Shown piece after piece: positions 61,911-64,000 of a stretch of 64,000 nucleotides of DNA. The number at the start of each line of letters is the position of its first letter. The first letter of the stretch is position 1. The translations under genes and the position numbers were made by a program. The stretch is from Vicugna vicugna (Eukaryota). Location: contig MU060767.1 in the NCBI GenBank assembly GCA_013265495.1, positions 13,395,958 through 13,459,957 of the forward strand, read 5' to 3'. Below the pieces are notes generated by a model that had not been told where the DNA came from, did no database searches, and worked only from the letters and a program-made list of their open reading frames with translations.

Positions 61911-64000
61911 AGTGGTATCCTGGCCCACGCATCCTGTTAGCGTTCTTCCCCGCCCCGGTCTTTGTTCCCTATGTGACATCTGGCCACTGATCAGCCCTAG
62001 ATTATGGATTATCTGGTACTCTCTCTCTTCTATTGCTTCAATAAGCAAGCAACTGCCCTCTAAATAAAATTGTAAGCTGATGAAGGACAGAGGTAAGTTT
62101 TCTAGAGTATCAAAAAATCTGTGTCCCCCGGCCACTCTCCTGAAAAAAGGAGAAAGTTGTGCCTCACAGCCATGTTTCTCAAGCCTCAGTCACTCACACA
62201 CCTACCACTGGCATAATTCTTGTTCCATAGAACATTGCATGGCACACAGTAGGAACTCAAGAAATAATGGTAAATTTTTGCTGTGTTTTTATACCATCTA
62301 CTATAATTTACTTAATATCTTTACTTTAGATTTTTATTCACTTTAATTTACTTTAAGGGAAAGTATATTTAGTATCACTAACAATAATATCTGCAAAAGG
62401 ATATTTGATATGTTAATTTTTATCTTTTTCTAAAATGCAGTAAAATGAGGTAATAGCTACTGGGATAAAAATCAACCTGTTTGTCCAACATGCTGGCTAA
62501 AACCTGCCCACTCCCCAACTTGGGAAGCGCCATCCCACAGCGTGCAGTGTAAGGCAGGCACACAGCCAGTGCAGAAGGAGCGGGATCAGGAGCTGTGAGG
62601 CGGGCTCTGGGCCCTGGGCAGGGGTCTGAAAACAGCCAACTTCACCTTCTTGATCTGCACAGCCCTGACCCCCCCGCCCCAGCAGGGCCTTGGCTGTAGG
62701 TTCTGTGAAGCTTGCGGAAGCACCCTGATTTACTGGGCGTGTACACTGCTTGCTGGCAGGACCTGGGGGATGCCATGGACTCCAGCTTTCACTGTCCATG
62801 GACTTGCTGTTTCCTTCTCTGTCCTTCTCTCCCTCCTTGGTTCCCTGGTTTTGGGTTCACTGGTGTAGGAATGAATGAGCTCACTGGTGGCTCTGGCTCC
62901 CAAGGAGCACATCACATGGCATTCTCATGGAAAGGGAAGGGGCATCTGTGCCTTCCTTGCCTTGGGTGGAAGGATGGCAACTGGGAGTCTGCCCACTCCC
63001 TCCGTCTCCCCACCCCAAGCAGCCAACCTGAGGCTTCACTTTTGTTAAGAGATGATTGCCCCAAATTGTCTGGACACAGATGCAGGGGAGCAGGTCTGCT
63101 AAGGAGCTTCGTTGTCATGGTGACCTCTGGTCTCCTAGCTGCCAAAATCCTCTCGGAAGGGAGCAGGAAGGTAAATGTCCAGCCCCAAGGCCAGCAGGGA
63201 GGACAGAAGGAAGGAGGGAGGGGCCTGCCCTGCCCACCTGTCCCCAGCAGCTGTGTGGCTGAGCGGGCACTTGCCTTCCAGTGAGGTGGGCTGTCCTCTC
63301 TGCCTGCCTGGGGAGAGGCCGGAACAACCTAGTCCTGGGAGCCATTGAATCCAGCCTAGGACTGCTTGCTCCCGAGCTTCTGGAACCCCATCCAGCAACC
63401 GGATGAACTTCAGCCAAACCCTGAAAGGGAAGCCACTGTGCCCTGCCTCCCACGTCAGACTTGACCTGCTGAAAAGGCAGGGATGGGGTCTGGTCTCTAC
63501 TCCATTTCTGCTGACTCTTTACCCTTGACTACCAGCACCCCCTTCCCACTCCTCTGCACCCTCTCTCTGTACCACGCTGTGGCCTCCCCACCCTAAGCCC
63601 TTCCTCTGACCCTGCTTCCCCTCATGCCACTGTCCTCCCTTTCCTCTTATCCTCCTCCTTCTGTCCCCTCCCGCCAGGGCCCACCCCACTGACGGCCTGC
63701 TCTCTGCTCACTCTTCTTCCTTCTGGGTGCCAGGCTAGTGGACACAGGGTCACTGTGTCCAGGTCGCCTTGGTCCACTGCAAGCCCTCTTCTGTCTCCCT
63801 TGTGGGCCCCTGTCCCTCCACCCGACATTTAAGTCCCCAGGGCTGAGTTCTCAAACCCCTTCTTGCTTTCTTAAGCCACCTTCTCTGCGGGCGGGATGCC
63901 ACCAGGCCTTCTCTGTGCAGGTTCTCTGGGCAGTGCCCCGGCTCACTGGCTCCTCTACTCAGCACATTCCTGGATGGCCCCCCTGCTCCCCTGCTCCTGG

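Overview
Mammalian genomic DNA, most likely a camelid (camel, alpaca or llama), judged from a tRNA-derived SINE of the type I recall from Camelidae and from no recognisable Alu elements. The window holds two convergent (tail-to-tail) genes. On the + strand are the last six exons of AMFR/gp78 (ERAD RING-H2 E3 ligase: end of RING, CUE, G2BR and VIM motifs), with its stop at 15544-15546 and poly(A) signal at 17024-17029. On the - strand is the 3' part of GNAO1 (G-alpha-o): ~19 kb of intron 3, exons 4-6, then the duplicated terminal cassettes 7B/8B (Go2, own long 3'UTR and poly(A)) and 7A/8A (Go1, plus a non-coding last exon). Most of exon 7A and probably the acceptor of the last exon fall in N gaps. 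I read all splice boundaries from the sequence (GT/AG, phases consistent). Exon numbers, human residue numbers and repeat subfamily names come from memory and are unverified. The rest is old interspersed repeats (L1M, L2, MIR, MLT1, MER20, MER58, and a Charlie1a-like hAT interrupted by an L1). Nearly all entries in the ORF track are spurious. I found no convincing new biological system. The best unexplained structures are a ~300-bp inverted duplication and a 70-bp direct duplication in GNAO1 intron 3, a 25-nt identity between paralogous exons 7A/7B, and a splice-versus-intronic-poly(A) module just after the Go1 stop codon.
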